The notes under the pieces are model-generated. The model made no database searches. It worked only from the letters and a program-made list of their open reading frames with translations, and was not told the DNA's origin. A DNA stretch of 43,243 nt from Candidatus Falkowbacteria bacterium (GTDB lineage Bacteria > Patescibacteriota > Patescibacteriia > Patescibacteriales > UBA12465). Positions 6,791-16,533 of the stretch are shown in pieces; within the stretch, counting starts at the first letter, position 1, and the number at the start of each line of letters is the position of its first letter. The position numbers were made by a program, and so were the translations under genes. The DNA lies in contig CAIZYV010000065.1 of assembly GCA_903937325.1 (NCBI GenBank), positions 1 through 43,243 of the forward strand, read 5' to 3'.

Positions 6791-8605
6791 TTACTCTAAA
6801 ATTGCTTTAATTCGTCGCACACCAGCCGAGGAAGCTTCTTCTTTCTGAATCTTGAAATTACCTAATAATCGTAAATTATTTACATGAGGACCGCCGCAAA
6901 TTTCGCGGGAAAAAATATCATCCCAAGTGGCTTGATTCTGACCGTTATCGCGACCGACCGTATAGACTTTTACAGTTTCACCATATTTAGAATCAAAGAC
7001 GCCAGTAGCGCCAGAATTTTTTGCCTCTAGTAAAGAAATTTCTTCGCAGGCAACTGTCAAAGACTTGCCAATCGCTTCGTTAACCAGATTTTCAACAGTT
7101 TTAATCTGTTCAGGACTCATTTTTTCTGTATGAGAAAAATCAAAACGTAAACGTTCAGACGTAATATTGCTACCTCTCTGTGCTACATGATCTCCTAAAA
7201 CGCGTCGCAAAGCGGCCAATAATAAATGAGCGGCCGTATGTAATTTAGTCGTCTCCTCGCTGTGATCAGCCAGGCCACCTTTAAACTTTCCCGCCGAAGC
7301 GGTACGAGAGAGTTCTTGATGTTTTTGCAACTCTTGAAAAAAACCATCACGATCGATACGCCAACCACGCTCTTGTGCAATTTCTAAACTTAATTCTAAA
7401 GGAAAGCCATAACTTTGATAAAGCCTAAAAGCATCTGAACCAGAAAGGCAGTTATTATTAACCTGTAATTTATCAAATTCTTTTAAACCATTTTCCAAAG
7501 TACGCTGGAACTTCTCTGTTTCTTTAATAATCTCTTCATTAATAAAATTAGAATTATCTTGCAGCTCCGGATATGTTAAAGCATAAATAGAAAGAACGGC
7601 AGAAGTCAATTCAGCAATCCAGGAAATATTATTTTTAACATCAATACCAATTTTACCAGCTCGAACAATTGCTCGGCGCAATAAACGACGAACAACATAA
7701 CCCTGACCGACATTAGAAGGCGAAACTCCTTTTTGATCACCGATGATAAAAACGGACGCTTTAATATGATCGGCAATAATACGTATTGAACGGGTAATTT
7801 CGGGGCTTGAGTTATAAACTTGACCAGACAGTTCTTCAATCCGCTTGATAATCGGCCAAAAAAGCTCCGTCTGATAATTATCACTGCCATTCAAAACTGC
7901 CATTACTCTTTCTAAACCGAGGCCAGTATCGACATTCTTTTGCTCAAGCAAACGGAAATTGCCATCAACGTCTTTGAAATACTGCATAAAGACATTATTC
8001 CAAATTTCCACCCAAAGAGGATTATCATCATTGAAAGAAGAAGGCACGGTCTGAGGATCGCCGGTCCAATAAAAAATCTCTGTATCCGGACCGCAAGGGC
8101 CACTTTGACCAGCCGGACCCCACCAATTATTTTTCTTTGGCAACTTAGCGATACGTTCTGTCGGTAAGCCTAAACCCTGCCAAATAGCAAAAGACTCTTG
8201 ATCAAAAGGCGCGTCTTGATCGCCTACAAATACAGACACTGCTAATAATTTCGAATCTAAAGCAAGCCAAGCTGAATCCGTTAAAAATTCCCAACTCCAC
8301 GTAATAGCTTCCTGCTTAAAATAATCGCCTAAAGACCAGTTCCCCATCATTTCAAAAAAAGTATGGTGTGTCGCGTCACCGACTTCATCAATATCGCCCG
8401 TCCGAATACATTTTTGTGCATCAACTAGTCGTGAGCCACCCGGGTGCTTCTCTCCCAAAAGATAAGGAACGAGAGGATGCATTCCAGCGGTAGTAAATAA
8501 AACTGTCGGATCATTTTCCGGTAAAAGTGAGGCGCTAGAAATAATCGCATGCCCCTTGCTCTTAAAAAAATCTAAATATTTTTGGCGTAATTCGTTAGCA
8601 GTCAT
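6791..8605 (-). CDS. alaS: Alanine--tRNA ligase, short form (604 aa)
   Basis: DPTVLFTTAGM, QKCIRTGDI, HHTFFEMMGNWS, DTGLGLER; editing motifs HTAAH and EICGGPH. Confidence 0.97.
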   Translation of the reverse strand: MTANELRQKYLDFFKSKGHAIISSASLLPENDPTVLFTTAGMHPLVPYLLGEKHPGGSRLVDAQKCIRTGDIDEVGDATHHTFFEMMGNWSLGDYFKQEAITWSWEFLTDSAWLALDSKLLAVSVFVGDQDAPFDQESFAIWQGLGLPTERIAKLPKKNNWWGPAGQSGPCGPDTEIFYWTGDPQTVPSSFNDDNPLWVEIWNNVFMQYFKDVDGNFRLLEQKNVDTGLGLERVMAVLNGSDNYQTELFWPIIKRIEELSGQVYNSSPEITRSIRIIADHIKASVFIIGDQKGVSPSNVGQGYVVRRLLRRAIVRAGKIGIDVKNNISWIAELTSAVLSIYALTYPELQDNSNFINEEIIKETEKFQRTLENGLKEFDKLQVNNNCLSGSDAFRLYQSYGFPLELSLEIAQERGWRIDRDGFFQELQKHQELSRTASAGKFKGGLADHSEETTKLHTAAHLLLAALRRVLGDHVAQRGSNITSERLRFDFSHTEKMSPEQIKTVENLVNEAIGKSLTVACEEISLLEAKNSGATGVFDSKYGETVKVYTVGRDNGQNQATWDDIFSREICGGPHVNNLRLLGNFKIQKEEASSAGVRRIKAILE

Positions 8606-8616
8606 ATTGCATAAAA

Positions 8617-9639
8617 TTAAATTATATTAACTTCCGGCTCAATCTTAACGCCGAATTTTTTAAAAACGGCTTTCTGTACACGATTAATGTGAGCTAAGGC
8701 CTGCTTGACGCTTGCCCCGCCATAATTTACCAAAATTAAAGCCTGTTTTTCATACATGCCAATCTGACCAAAACGCTTCCCCTTAAAACCAGCCCCTTCA
8801 ATCAACCAGCCGGCTGGGATTTTAAGCAGATTAGCCTTAGAAGCAGGAAAAGATTTAATTTCCGGAAATTTTTTTTGCAATTTCTTGAAATTCGTAAAAG
8901 AAATTTCTGGATTCTTAAAAAATGAACCGGCATTAGCAAGCAATGAAGGATTGGGTAATTTACTATCACGAATTTGCCGGATAATTTCCGCTAATTGCTT
9001 GATGTTTGGCTTTTTTATGCCCTGCTCACTTAATTTTACTCGAATGTCGCCGTAATCCAAATGAAGAACTGGGTGCTTACTTAATTTTAAGACCAGACTA
9101 GTAATAAAATACCGACCCTTATATTTATTCTTAAAAATACTGTCGCGATAAGCGAAGGCGCAATCTTTGACGGTAAATACTTTTTCTTTACCTGTTTTTA
9201 AATCAAGGGCGCGTAAACTAAAAAAAGAATCTTTTAATTCTACACCGTAAGCACCAATATTTTGTACGGGTGCCGCTCCGACCGTGCCGGGAACATAATA
9301 TAAGTTTTCTGCACCACCCCAACCTCTTTCGACCGTAAAATAAACTAAAGAGCTCCACCATTCTCCGGAACGCGCCTCAACCCAAACAGCGGAACGACTT
9401 TCTTTAATGACACTAACTCCTTTAAGCTCATTTTTTAAAACTAAAGCTTTAAGCGGCCGACTGATTAAGAGGTTGGAACCGCCGCCCAGAACAAAAATCG
9501 GTAAATCATGCAAACGAGCAAAAACAATCGCTTCTTTTAATTCATTTTCTTCTTTAATAACTGCGAAATAGGCGGCTTTTGCCCCAATTTTTAAAGTCGT
9601 ATAAGGCGTCAAATCAACTTGTTTTAATATCTTAAGCAT
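8617..9639 (-). CDS. murB: UDP-N-acetylmuramate dehydrogenase
   Basis: LGGGSNLL, PGTVGAAPVQNIGAYG, NAGSFFKNP, EPEV. Confidence 0.96.
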   Translation of the reverse strand: MLKILKQVDLTPYTTLKIGAKAAYFAVIKEENELKEAIVFARLHDLPIFVLGGGSNLLISRPLKALVLKNELKGVSVIKESRSAVWVEARSGEWWSSLVYFTVERGWGGAENLYYVPGTVGAAPVQNIGAYGVELKDSFFSLRALDLKTGKEKVFTVKDCAFAYRDSIFKNKYKGRYFITSLVLKLSKHPVLHLDYGDIRVKLSEQGIKKPNIKQLAEIIRQIRDSKLPNPSLLANAGSFFKNPEISFTNFKKLQKKFPEIKSFPASKANLLKIPAGWLIEGAGFKGKRFGQIGMYEKQALILVNYGGASVKQALAHINRVQKAVFKKFGVKIEPEVNII

Positions 9640-9645
9640 AAGGAT

Positions 9646-9675
9646 ATTATAACCTGAAAAAAGAGAAAAAGTCTA
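9646..9675 (-). promoter_or_regulatory. Leaderless-type promoter of murB-alaS
   Basis: TAGACT, 18 nt spacer, TATAAT, then 6 nt (ATCCTT) to the ATG. Confidence 0.6.
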
Positions 9676-9680
9676 TATAA

Positions 9681-9713
9681 TAAAAGCGACCGTTGAAAAA
9701 CGGCCAACTTTTA
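9681..9713 (-). terminator. Probable terminator after the ABC transporter gene
   Basis: mRNA UGGCCGUU-UUUC-AACGGUCG followed by CUUUUAUU. Confidence 0.6.
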
Positions 9714-9728
9714 AAAATCAAAAATATT

Positions 9729-11537
9729 TTAATCAAGTTCACCAAGCGCTTGCAGCGATAAAAGTTTGGCATACAAGCCACCAGAAACCTGAGCTAATTC
9801 TAAATGACTACCCTCTTCTTTAATCATCCCATTTTCTAAAACGATAATCTTATCTGCTTTCTTAATGGTACTTAAACGATGGGCAATAATGATAACGGTA
9901 CGGTTATGGCCAATATGGCTTAAAGCCTCCTGGATTAAACGTTCGCTTTGGCTGTCTAAATTCGAAGTCGCTTCATCAAAAATTAAGATTTTCGGATCGG
10001 CTAAGATGGCTCGAGCAATACCAAGGCGTTGACGCTGGCCACCAGATAATTTTATGCCTCGTTCTCCAACCAAAGTATCATAACCCTTATCCAGTTTAAT
10101 AATAAATTCTTCCGCGTTAGCGATGCGAGCGGCCGCTATAATTTCTTCTTGACTAGCCTGTGGATAAGCGTAACTAATATTATCACTGACGCTGACATCA
10201 AAAATTTCTACTTCCTGGGGGACGATGGCTAAACAGCGACGATAAGCAAAAAGATCAAAATCACGAATATCACGGCCGTCAACCAAAACTTTACCAGCAC
10301 TGGGATCATAATGACGATATAACAAGCGAGCAATAGTCGTTTTACCTCCGCCGGAAGGACCGACTAAAGCCAGCGTTGTGCCAGAACTAACCTTAAAACT
10401 TACATTATTTAAGGCCTGGGCTTTAGCCTCACGATAGCAGAAAGACACGTTCTTAAATTCAATCTTACCTTGAAGCTTAACGGGCTTTATCGCTGTAGCG
10501 CTATTTTTAATTTCACTTTCCGAGCGGAATAAGAGAAGTAAGCGGCTAACGCCTTCTCGGCCCTCTTCCATTCGATCATAAAAACGAGACAAACGGAAAG
10601 TCGAAGCATAAGCCTTTTCGCTAAGAGTAAAGGCAAAAATTAAAGTACCGACGCTCATACTACCGCGATAAACAAGATAAACACCTAAAAATAAAACCGC
10701 CGCCCGACCAATATCAACTATTAAATTTCGACCCAAGCCAATTTTCATCATCCAACCCCACTGCTTATTTTCATTATCGCGAATACCGGCTTTAATATTG
10801 CTAAATTCCGCTAACTCCCTGTCCTCCTGAACAAAAGACTGAACAGCATTAATATTGATAATAGACTGAGTCATCTTACCGGAAGCAACTTCGTAAGAAC
10901 GGTAGATTTCTTTGCGTACCGGATACATCCGTGCATTCGACCAATAAGTGACAAGAATAAACAAGGAAGAAAAAAATAAAAAAGAGGCGCCAATTCGCCA
11001 ATCAGCCCAAAACAAAGCCGGTATAGTCAAAATAAGCTGCACTAAGGTCGGCGACACTTCCCAGCCGATATTATTTATCAAAGTAGAAATACGATCGACG
11101 CCGCGCTCAATCTTCACAATTTTGCCGCCGGTATTTTCTTTCTCATGATAACCGAGGCTCAAATCCAAGAGCTTAGCCTGTGATTTTAAAGCCAAATGAT
11201 ATTCAATCTTGACCAAAAGCTTCAAGATGCCGCGATCACCAAAATACTGAACAACTGAGCGTATTTGATCAGAACCGAGATATAAAACAATCAGCCAAAG
11301 TAAAAAATTAAGATCTGTCGCCGGAAAATTATAAAGACCATCGATCAGTAATTTTAAAATATAAGGCTTGGACAAATCAAAAATCGCCCCCAAAACAGTA
11401 ATACTGAGGATAAAATAAATCAAACGGCGGAAAGGCAAAAGCAAACGCCAAAATTCCCGCCAGAACTCTCCCCAGGCTAAACTTGGTTTTTTCTTTTCAG
11501 CCTCTTCTTTCTCTGTTTGTGTAGACACTAGCGACAT
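9729..11537 (-). CDS. ABC exporter, fused TMD-NBD half-transporter (MsbA/MdlB-like)
   Basis: About six TM segments, Walker A GPSGGGKT, LSGGQRQR, Walker B ILIFDEATS, IAHRLST. Confidence 0.93.
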   Translation of the reverse strand: MSLVSTQTEKEEAEKKKPSLAWGEFWREFWRLLLPFRRLIYFILSITVLGAIFDLSKPYILKLLIDGLYNFPATDLNFLLWLIVLYLGSDQIRSVVQYFGDRGILKLLVKIEYHLALKSQAKLLDLSLGYHEKENTGGKIVKIERGVDRISTLINNIGWEVSPTLVQLILTIPALFWADWRIGASFLFFSSLFILVTYWSNARMYPVRKEIYRSYEVASGKMTQSIININAVQSFVQEDRELAEFSNIKAGIRDNENKQWGWMMKIGLGRNLIVDIGRAAVLFLGVYLVYRGSMSVGTLIFAFTLSEKAYASTFRLSRFYDRMEEGREGVSRLLLLFRSESEIKNSATAIKPVKLQGKIEFKNVSFCYREAKAQALNNVSFKVSSGTTLALVGPSGGGKTTIARLLYRHYDPSAGKVLVDGRDIRDFDLFAYRRCLAIVPQEVEIFDVSVSDNISYAYPQASQEEIIAAARIANAEEFIIKLDKGYDTLVGERGIKLSGGQRQRLGIARAILADPKILIFDEATSNLDSQSERLIQEALSHIGHNRTVIIIAHRLSTIKKADKIIVLENGMIKEEGSHLELAQVSGGLYAKLLSLQALGELD

Positions 11538-11682
11538 AAAAATTTTTTGAAAACGAATAGTAGAAATTTTAATAATACAACCATCAAATTACAGCAAGTG
11601 CTCTTTTTCTATCATAGCGATATCATTGACAAAAAGCAAATTATCTACTAAAACATATTACAGAACTTTAAAAATAAAGATA

Positions 11683-12351
11683 ATGAAAGAAAAAGCAAGA
11701 ATTACGGAACTGTGCGTCCGCCTGGAAAAAAGCACCGAAATCAAAAATCGTGTAGAAATAATCCGCAACATATCGGCTTATTTTACCACCAACAACTTAG
11801 AGGTGATTACCCACCGCCTACCCGCTCTGAAAAGTACGGCTTGCCTAAACCTTATAGCTTTTGATAGCTTGATGGCCACTTACTTTACCCAAAGTCGGCA
11901 AGTAGAAAAAATCTGGCCAAGAGTACAAGGGGAGGAACATCAAAAAAGACTAGCGGGAAGATATTTACGGCTAATAAGTAAAGAATTCAGCGAAGGTGAT
12001 AATATTAAAAAAATCATAATATTTGAGCAAAACAATAATTATGAACTAACCAGTGGAGATAAGCTAGAACAAGCGCGTCATACCTTCTGCCAAAACCGCT
12101 GGCAAGAAATGGTAGCCATGATAAACAGTAGCCACAAAGGCTTAATGATTTATCAAAAATTAAAAAACAAAAAAAGACCGGGCGCCGAAATCTGGACGAG
12201 CGTTGCTGCCTTAAAAACCATCAATATTTGGTTAAGCGACAAAAACGCAGAAGAGATAGCAAAACAATACGAAAATTTCATTACCAATTTTTCCGAGCAC
12301 CTCGATCAAACCAAAATGTTAATTGCTCAGAAAATACTATACAAAATTTAA
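11683..12351 (+). CDS. Hypothetical protein
   Basis: Long ORF in an otherwise empty gap; likely ATG 11683 (MKEKAR); TTGACA at 11626 upstream; no motif recognised. Confidence 0.7.
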   Translation: MKEKARITELCVRLEKSTEIKNRVEIIRNISAYFTTNNLEVITHRLPALKSTACLNLIAFDSLMATYFTQSRQVEKIWPRVQGEEHQKRLAGRYLRLISKEFSEGDNIKKIIIFEQNNNYELTSGDKLEQARHTFCQNRWQEMVAMINSSHKGLMIYQKLKNKKRPGAEIWTSVAALKTINIWLSDKNAEEIAKQYENFITNFSEHLDQTKMLIAQKILYKI

Positions 12352-12366
12352 ACCAACAAAATAAAG

Positions 12367-12828
12367 ATGAAAAATATTCTCGTATTTTTACAGGGCAAAC
12401 ACACGCCAGCTAAAGAAAGTTTCATGAAAAACTTATCGGCAATGCTACCGAAACATGTTTTTCAAGTAATCTACGAAGGAGAAAACCCTTTTGTAACAGA
12501 AGTGACCATAACAGGCGAGGTCGATTTCTTCTTTGTTGAAACTAGCCGCCAAGATATAATGGCCATCATCGCCATGGCAACAATAAAATTTTGGCGCGAC
12601 GGCACTAATCAAGAAACAACAAAACTATTCCAAAAAATTATATTTTTCGGGCTAGAAGATTACAAAAATGATAGTGGGGTTACGAAAAAAATAATGCCAC
12701 CAACAACCCGATATTTTTTAGAAAAACTACGCTCAACTTATATTGAAGGTGTGGAAGCGGAAAAAGGTGGAGGGGTGTATAAATTCGAGCGGTTAAAATT
12801 ATTTTTGGACAAACCTAAGACGATATAA
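12367..12828 (+). CDS. Hypothetical protein, possible flavodoxin/receiver-like alpha-beta fold
   Basis: 153 aa ORF starting 15 nt after the previous one. Strand pattern KNILVF...VDFFFVE...KIIFFG. Confidence 0.7.
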   Translation: MKNILVFLQGKHTPAKESFMKNLSAMLPKHVFQVIYEGENPFVTEVTITGEVDFFFVETSRQDIMAIIAMATIKFWRDGTNQETTKLFQKIIFFGLEDYKNDSGVTKKIMPPTTRYFLEKLRSTYIEGVEAEKGGGVYKFERLKLFLDKPKTI

Positions 12829-12840
12829 TATCGCTAAAAT

Positions 12841-12874
12841 AAAACCCGGGTGTCTCAGTACAACCGGGTTTTTT
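12841..12874. terminator. Bidirectional intrinsic terminator between convergent genes
   Basis: AAAACCCGG...CCGGGTTTTTT inverted repeat with A/T tracts on both sides. Confidence 0.8.
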
Positions 12875-12880
12875 CATAGA

Positions 12881-14284
12881 TTATTTTTTATCCAGCAATC
12901 TTTCTCCAACTCGGAAAATATCACCCGCCCCCATTAAAAGAAGCAAATCATCTGGGTGCAAAATTTTTCTTAACCAAATTAAAGATTTATCGAAATCAGA
13001 TAGATAGACAGCCGGCTTCTTCCGACCAGCATATTTTATCGCTTTAACTAAATCACGGCTGGAAATGCCTCCCTGCTTTTCGCGAGCCGAGCCGTATATT
13101 TCTAAAATTCCCAAAACATCGGCTGCCGCGAAACTAGCAACAAATTCAGGAAATAAAGCCTGCGTCCGTGTAAAAGTATGCGGGTGAAAAAGAACGACCA
13201 AGCGCTTATCCGGATAAGCCTCCTTAAAAGCTTGCAAAGTTGTTTGTACTTCTGTCGGATGGTGACCATAATCATCAAAGACGGGAATATTTTGATAATG
13301 CCCGATTAATTCCGAACGTCTAGCTGTCCCCTTAAAAGCAGCTAAAAACTTTTTCAATAATAGGGGATCAAAACCAAGAGCTAAGCCACTGGCCAAAACA
13401 GCCAAAGCATTTTCAATATTATGTTTTCCTAGCAGACAAATTTTAAATTCCCCCCAATCATTAACTTGAAAATATTGCCAGAGACCTTCTCGACGCAAAG
13501 AATGACCCAAGAGAGAAACGGGCGCCTGATGCCGACCGAGCTTATCCGCTAAAGCATAAGTAAAAATCTTTCCCTTAACCTGCGGGAGTAAACGCCTGAT
13601 ATTAACATCGGCCGCATTAGCGACCAAAAAATCACCGGTCTTAAGTTTGGCAATAAAATCGGCAAAAACTCGAAAGTAAGCGCGCTTATTTTTAAAATAA
13701 TCAGGATGATCAAAATCAATATTATTTAAAACAATGCCCCTGGGCTGCAAATATTGCAGCTTATTTTGATATTCATCGGCTTCGGCAATAAAATAATTTG
13801 ATTTTCCCACAAGCGCACTACCCTGAAATTGAGGCACGCGCGCACCGACAAGAACATTGGGGTCAAGACCGGCTTGTTTTAAAACAAAACCAAGCCAAGC
13901 GGCGGTTGTAGTCTTGCCATGGCTACCGCAAACAGCGATACCTTGATAAGTGTTGAATAAAGCGCTAATCGCTTGCGCATAATTTAAAACTGGGTATTTC
14001 TTAAATTTTTCGGTATTAGTAAATAGATAATTCAGTTCAAGATTATTATCAGGCGTATAGGCGCTGGAATAAATTATCACAGATCGAGCAGGAATTTTAG
14101 ACGAATCAAAACCAACCCGCACGGGAATATGCGCACGTCGCAACACCTGATCTGTCATAAATACATCAGCGAGATCAACGCCGCTGATTGATTTACCACG
14201 CGCACTTAAAAACTGCGCCAACATTGTCATGCCCACGCCCTTAATACCGATTAAATAAAAATTCTGATAAGCTAATAAATTCAT
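12881..14284 (-). CDS. murC: UDP-N-acetylmuramate--L-alanine ligase
   Basis: IGIKGVGM, GSHGKTTT, EADEY, DHPDYF, DDYGHHPTE, FHPHTFTRT, MGAGDI. Confidence 0.96.
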   Translation of the reverse strand: MNLLAYQNFYLIGIKGVGMTMLAQFLSARGKSISGVDLADVFMTDQVLRRAHIPVRVGFDSSKIPARSVIIYSSAYTPDNNLELNYLFTNTEKFKKYPVLNYAQAISALFNTYQGIAVCGSHGKTTTAAWLGFVLKQAGLDPNVLVGARVPQFQGSALVGKSNYFIAEADEYQNKLQYLQPRGIVLNNIDFDHPDYFKNKRAYFRVFADFIAKLKTGDFLVANAADVNIRRLLPQVKGKIFTYALADKLGRHQAPVSLLGHSLRREGLWQYFQVNDWGEFKICLLGKHNIENALAVLASGLALGFDPLLLKKFLAAFKGTARRSELIGHYQNIPVFDDYGHHPTEVQTTLQAFKEAYPDKRLVVLFHPHTFTRTQALFPEFVASFAAADVLGILEIYGSAREKQGGISSRDLVKAIKYAGRKKPAVYLSDFDKSLIWLRKILHPDDLLLLMGAGDIFRVGERLLDKK

Positions 14285-14287
14285 AGA

Positions 14288-15382
14288 TCAATTTAACAAA
14301 TCTTGTATTATTTGTGCCCCCTGCTCCGACGCCTTGGCCGGAAACATTGTTTTGATTTTAGTGGATAAAGACTGGCGTCGATTAGTGTCTTGCCACAAAG
14401 ACAATAAAATATCAGCCAATTTCTTCCCTTCCGTTTTATCTTGGTCTAAGACAATGGCCGCCTCGGCTTCTTGAAAATAAGCAGCATTATCTTCTTGATG
14501 TGAACGAGGGATGGGCAACAGAACGGAAACTTTTCCCAAAAGAGATAATTCTGTCATAATTCCCAAACCAGCTCGAGACAAGACTAAATCAGCTAAGGAT
14601 AATAATATTTTAAAATCAGCGTGACTAATATTCTCGATAGCGTTATAAAATTCTCGACTAGGCGCATCCTCAGATTTATCAACTCCAGTTTGATGGATTA
14701 TCTGCCAATCAGTCGGTAAAAAATCTAGAACTTGATAGAACAAGTAATTAAGTTTTAAAGCGCCACGACCACCACCGGTCACTAGTAAAAAAGGATGATT
14801 TTTATTGAGACCGAACTTTTGTCTAATCGCTTCTTGATCTAACAAAGTCGCTTGCTGGACATCACTTGGATTACCAATAAAAACAGCGCAAGAACCATAA
14901 TCATTCAAAGATTTAGGAAAAGCGACGCTTATTTTGGTGGCGATTGGCGCCATTAAACGATTGGCTAAACCAGGGCGAACATCCTGTTGATGCACTAAAA
15001 TCTTAATATTCCTTAAGCGGCCGGCCCAAGCTAATGGCACGCTAGCGAAAGAACCGGCAGAAATAATTAAATCAGGACGAAGACGATGTAAAAGTCGACT
15101 AGCACAAAAAAAAGCTTGAATGATCTTAAATATATCTAAAAAATTTTTAACAGAAAAATACCGCCGCCATTTACCAGCCGGAAGAGCATAATATTCCGCT
15201 CCTAGCCGTTGAAAAATATCACCAAACAATTCTTTTTCTAAAAAAGGATCATTGCCGACAAAAACAAAACGAGCTTTAGGATTAATCTGCTTATAAGCTA
15301 AAGCTAAAGCTAAAGGCGCCGTGCTGGGTCCGCCAGTACCACCGCCGGAAATAAGAATTAAATAATCTTTAATGTCTTTCAT
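14288..15382 (-). CDS. murG: Lipid I N-acetylglucosaminyltransferase (GT28)
   Basis: GGGTGGP, GKWRRY, HQQDVRPGLANR, SRAG, HQEDNA; lies between ftsW and murC. Likely start ATG 15382. Confidence 0.92.
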   Translation of the reverse strand: MKDIKDYLILISGGGTGGPSTAPLALALAYKQINPKARFVFVGNDPFLEKELFGDIFQRLGAEYYALPAGKWRRYFSVKNFLDIFKIIQAFFCASRLLHRLRPDLIISAGSFASVPLAWAGRLRNIKILVHQQDVRPGLANRLMAPIATKISVAFPKSLNDYGSCAVFIGNPSDVQQATLLDQEAIRQKFGLNKNHPFLLVTGGGRGALKLNYLFYQVLDFLPTDWQIIHQTGVDKSEDAPSREFYNAIENISHADFKILLSLADLVLSRAGLGIMTELSLLGKVSVLLPIPRSHQEDNAAYFQEAEAAIVLDQDKTEGKKLADILLSLWQDTNRRQSLSTKIKTMFPAKASEQGAQIIQDLLN

Positions 15383-16526
15383 GTTTACTGTGTTTACTGT
15401 GTTTACTGATATTGGCCAAGATGCCAATCGCCATTAGAGTAGAAATAATTGAAGAGCCGCCGGCCGAAGCAAAAGGCAGAGGCACCCCTGTCATCGGAAT
15501 CAAATTAAGCATTCCGCCGATATTAAGGAAAGTCTGAACTGCCAACCAGGCAATTATTCCAGTGGCCAAGGCGCTACCATAAATATCAGGTGCATGTTGA
15601 GCAATTTTTAAGCCGCGTAAAAAAACAAAAATATATAAAACAATTAAAAGAACACTGAAAACAAAACCGATTTCTTCAGCAATTATTGGAAAAATTGAGT
15701 CGCCCCAGACTTCCGGCAAATACATAAATTTCTGGCGACTTTGGCCCAGACCGCGACCAAACCAACCGCCGGAACCAACGGCAATCAAAGATTGATTTAT
15801 TTGATAACATTCTTCCTGTAAATCATAAGCAGGGTCTTGATAGCAACGAAAGCGGTCATTCTGGTAAGAAGAGCTAGCATAAAATAAAAGAGCCAACGCA
15901 GAGGCACCCAAAAAAATTGTGAGGATAATATGAGAAAACTTACCACCGGCAACAAAGAATGCCGCAAAAGCTGAACATAAAATAATAAAAAGAGTGCCAA
16001 GATCTGGCTGAGCCATCATCAATAAAACGATTATAACTAAGCTACTTAAAAACGGAATAATACCACTCGCCGCATTCTGCAGTTGTCCCCTTTTTGCCTC
16101 CAGCCAAGTAGCCAAATAAATAAGAAAACTTAATTTTACTAATTCGGAAGGTTGTAAGGATTGGCCAAAAATAATAATCCAACTGCGGGCGCTGCCATGT
16201 TCTGCTCTCAAACCAGGAATAAAAACTAAAACTAAAAGTAAAATAGAAAAAATCAGAGCCGATAAAGCATAACGTCGCCAAAGCCGATAATCAATGCGAT
16301 AAAAAATAAAAAAAAGACCGATACCAAGAACGACCGCCACTAACTGACGAAAAAAGAAATGATAAGTATTGCCATATTTAGCATAAGAAACAACGGCAGA
16401 GGCGCTAGAAAGCATAACTAAACCAATAACAAGTAAAGCGCCGACGCCAAAAAGAAAATAAGGATCAGCTTCATGCTCTTGCGCGCTCGGCGACCAGAGA
16501 TTTTTAATTTTTTGCACTATTTTCAT
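15369..16526 (-). CDS. ftsW: SEDS peptidoglycan polymerase FtsW
   Basis: QPSELVK, QPDLGT, GSGGWFGRGLGQSRQK, AEEIGF, PMTGVPLPF; dcw context. Confidence 0.94.
   Translation of the reverse strand: MKIVQKIKNLWSPSAQEHEADPYFLFGVGALLVIGLVMLSSASAVVSYAKYGNTYHFFFRQLVAVVLGIGLFFIFYRIDYRLWRRYALSALIFSILLLVLVFIPGLRAEHGSARSWIIIFGQSLQPSELVKLSFLIYLATWLEAKRGQLQNAASGIIPFLSSLVIIVLLMMAQPDLGTLFIILCSAFAAFFVAGGKFSHIILTIFLGASALALLFYASSSYQNDRFRCYQDPAYDLQEECYQINQSLIAVGSGGWFGRGLGQSRQKFMYLPEVWGDSIFPIIAEEIGFVFSVLLIVLYIFVFLRGLKIAQHAPDIYGSALATGIIAWLAVQTFLNIGGMLNLIPMTGVPLPFASAGGSSIISTLMAIGILANISKHSKHSKHERH
15382..15408. repeat. 9-bp tandem repeat x3 (TGTTTACTG)
   Basis: Exact copies at 15382, 15391 and 15400; encodes SKH-SKH-SKH at the FtsW C-terminus. 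Confidence 0.9.
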
Positions 16527-16533
16527 AAAATAA

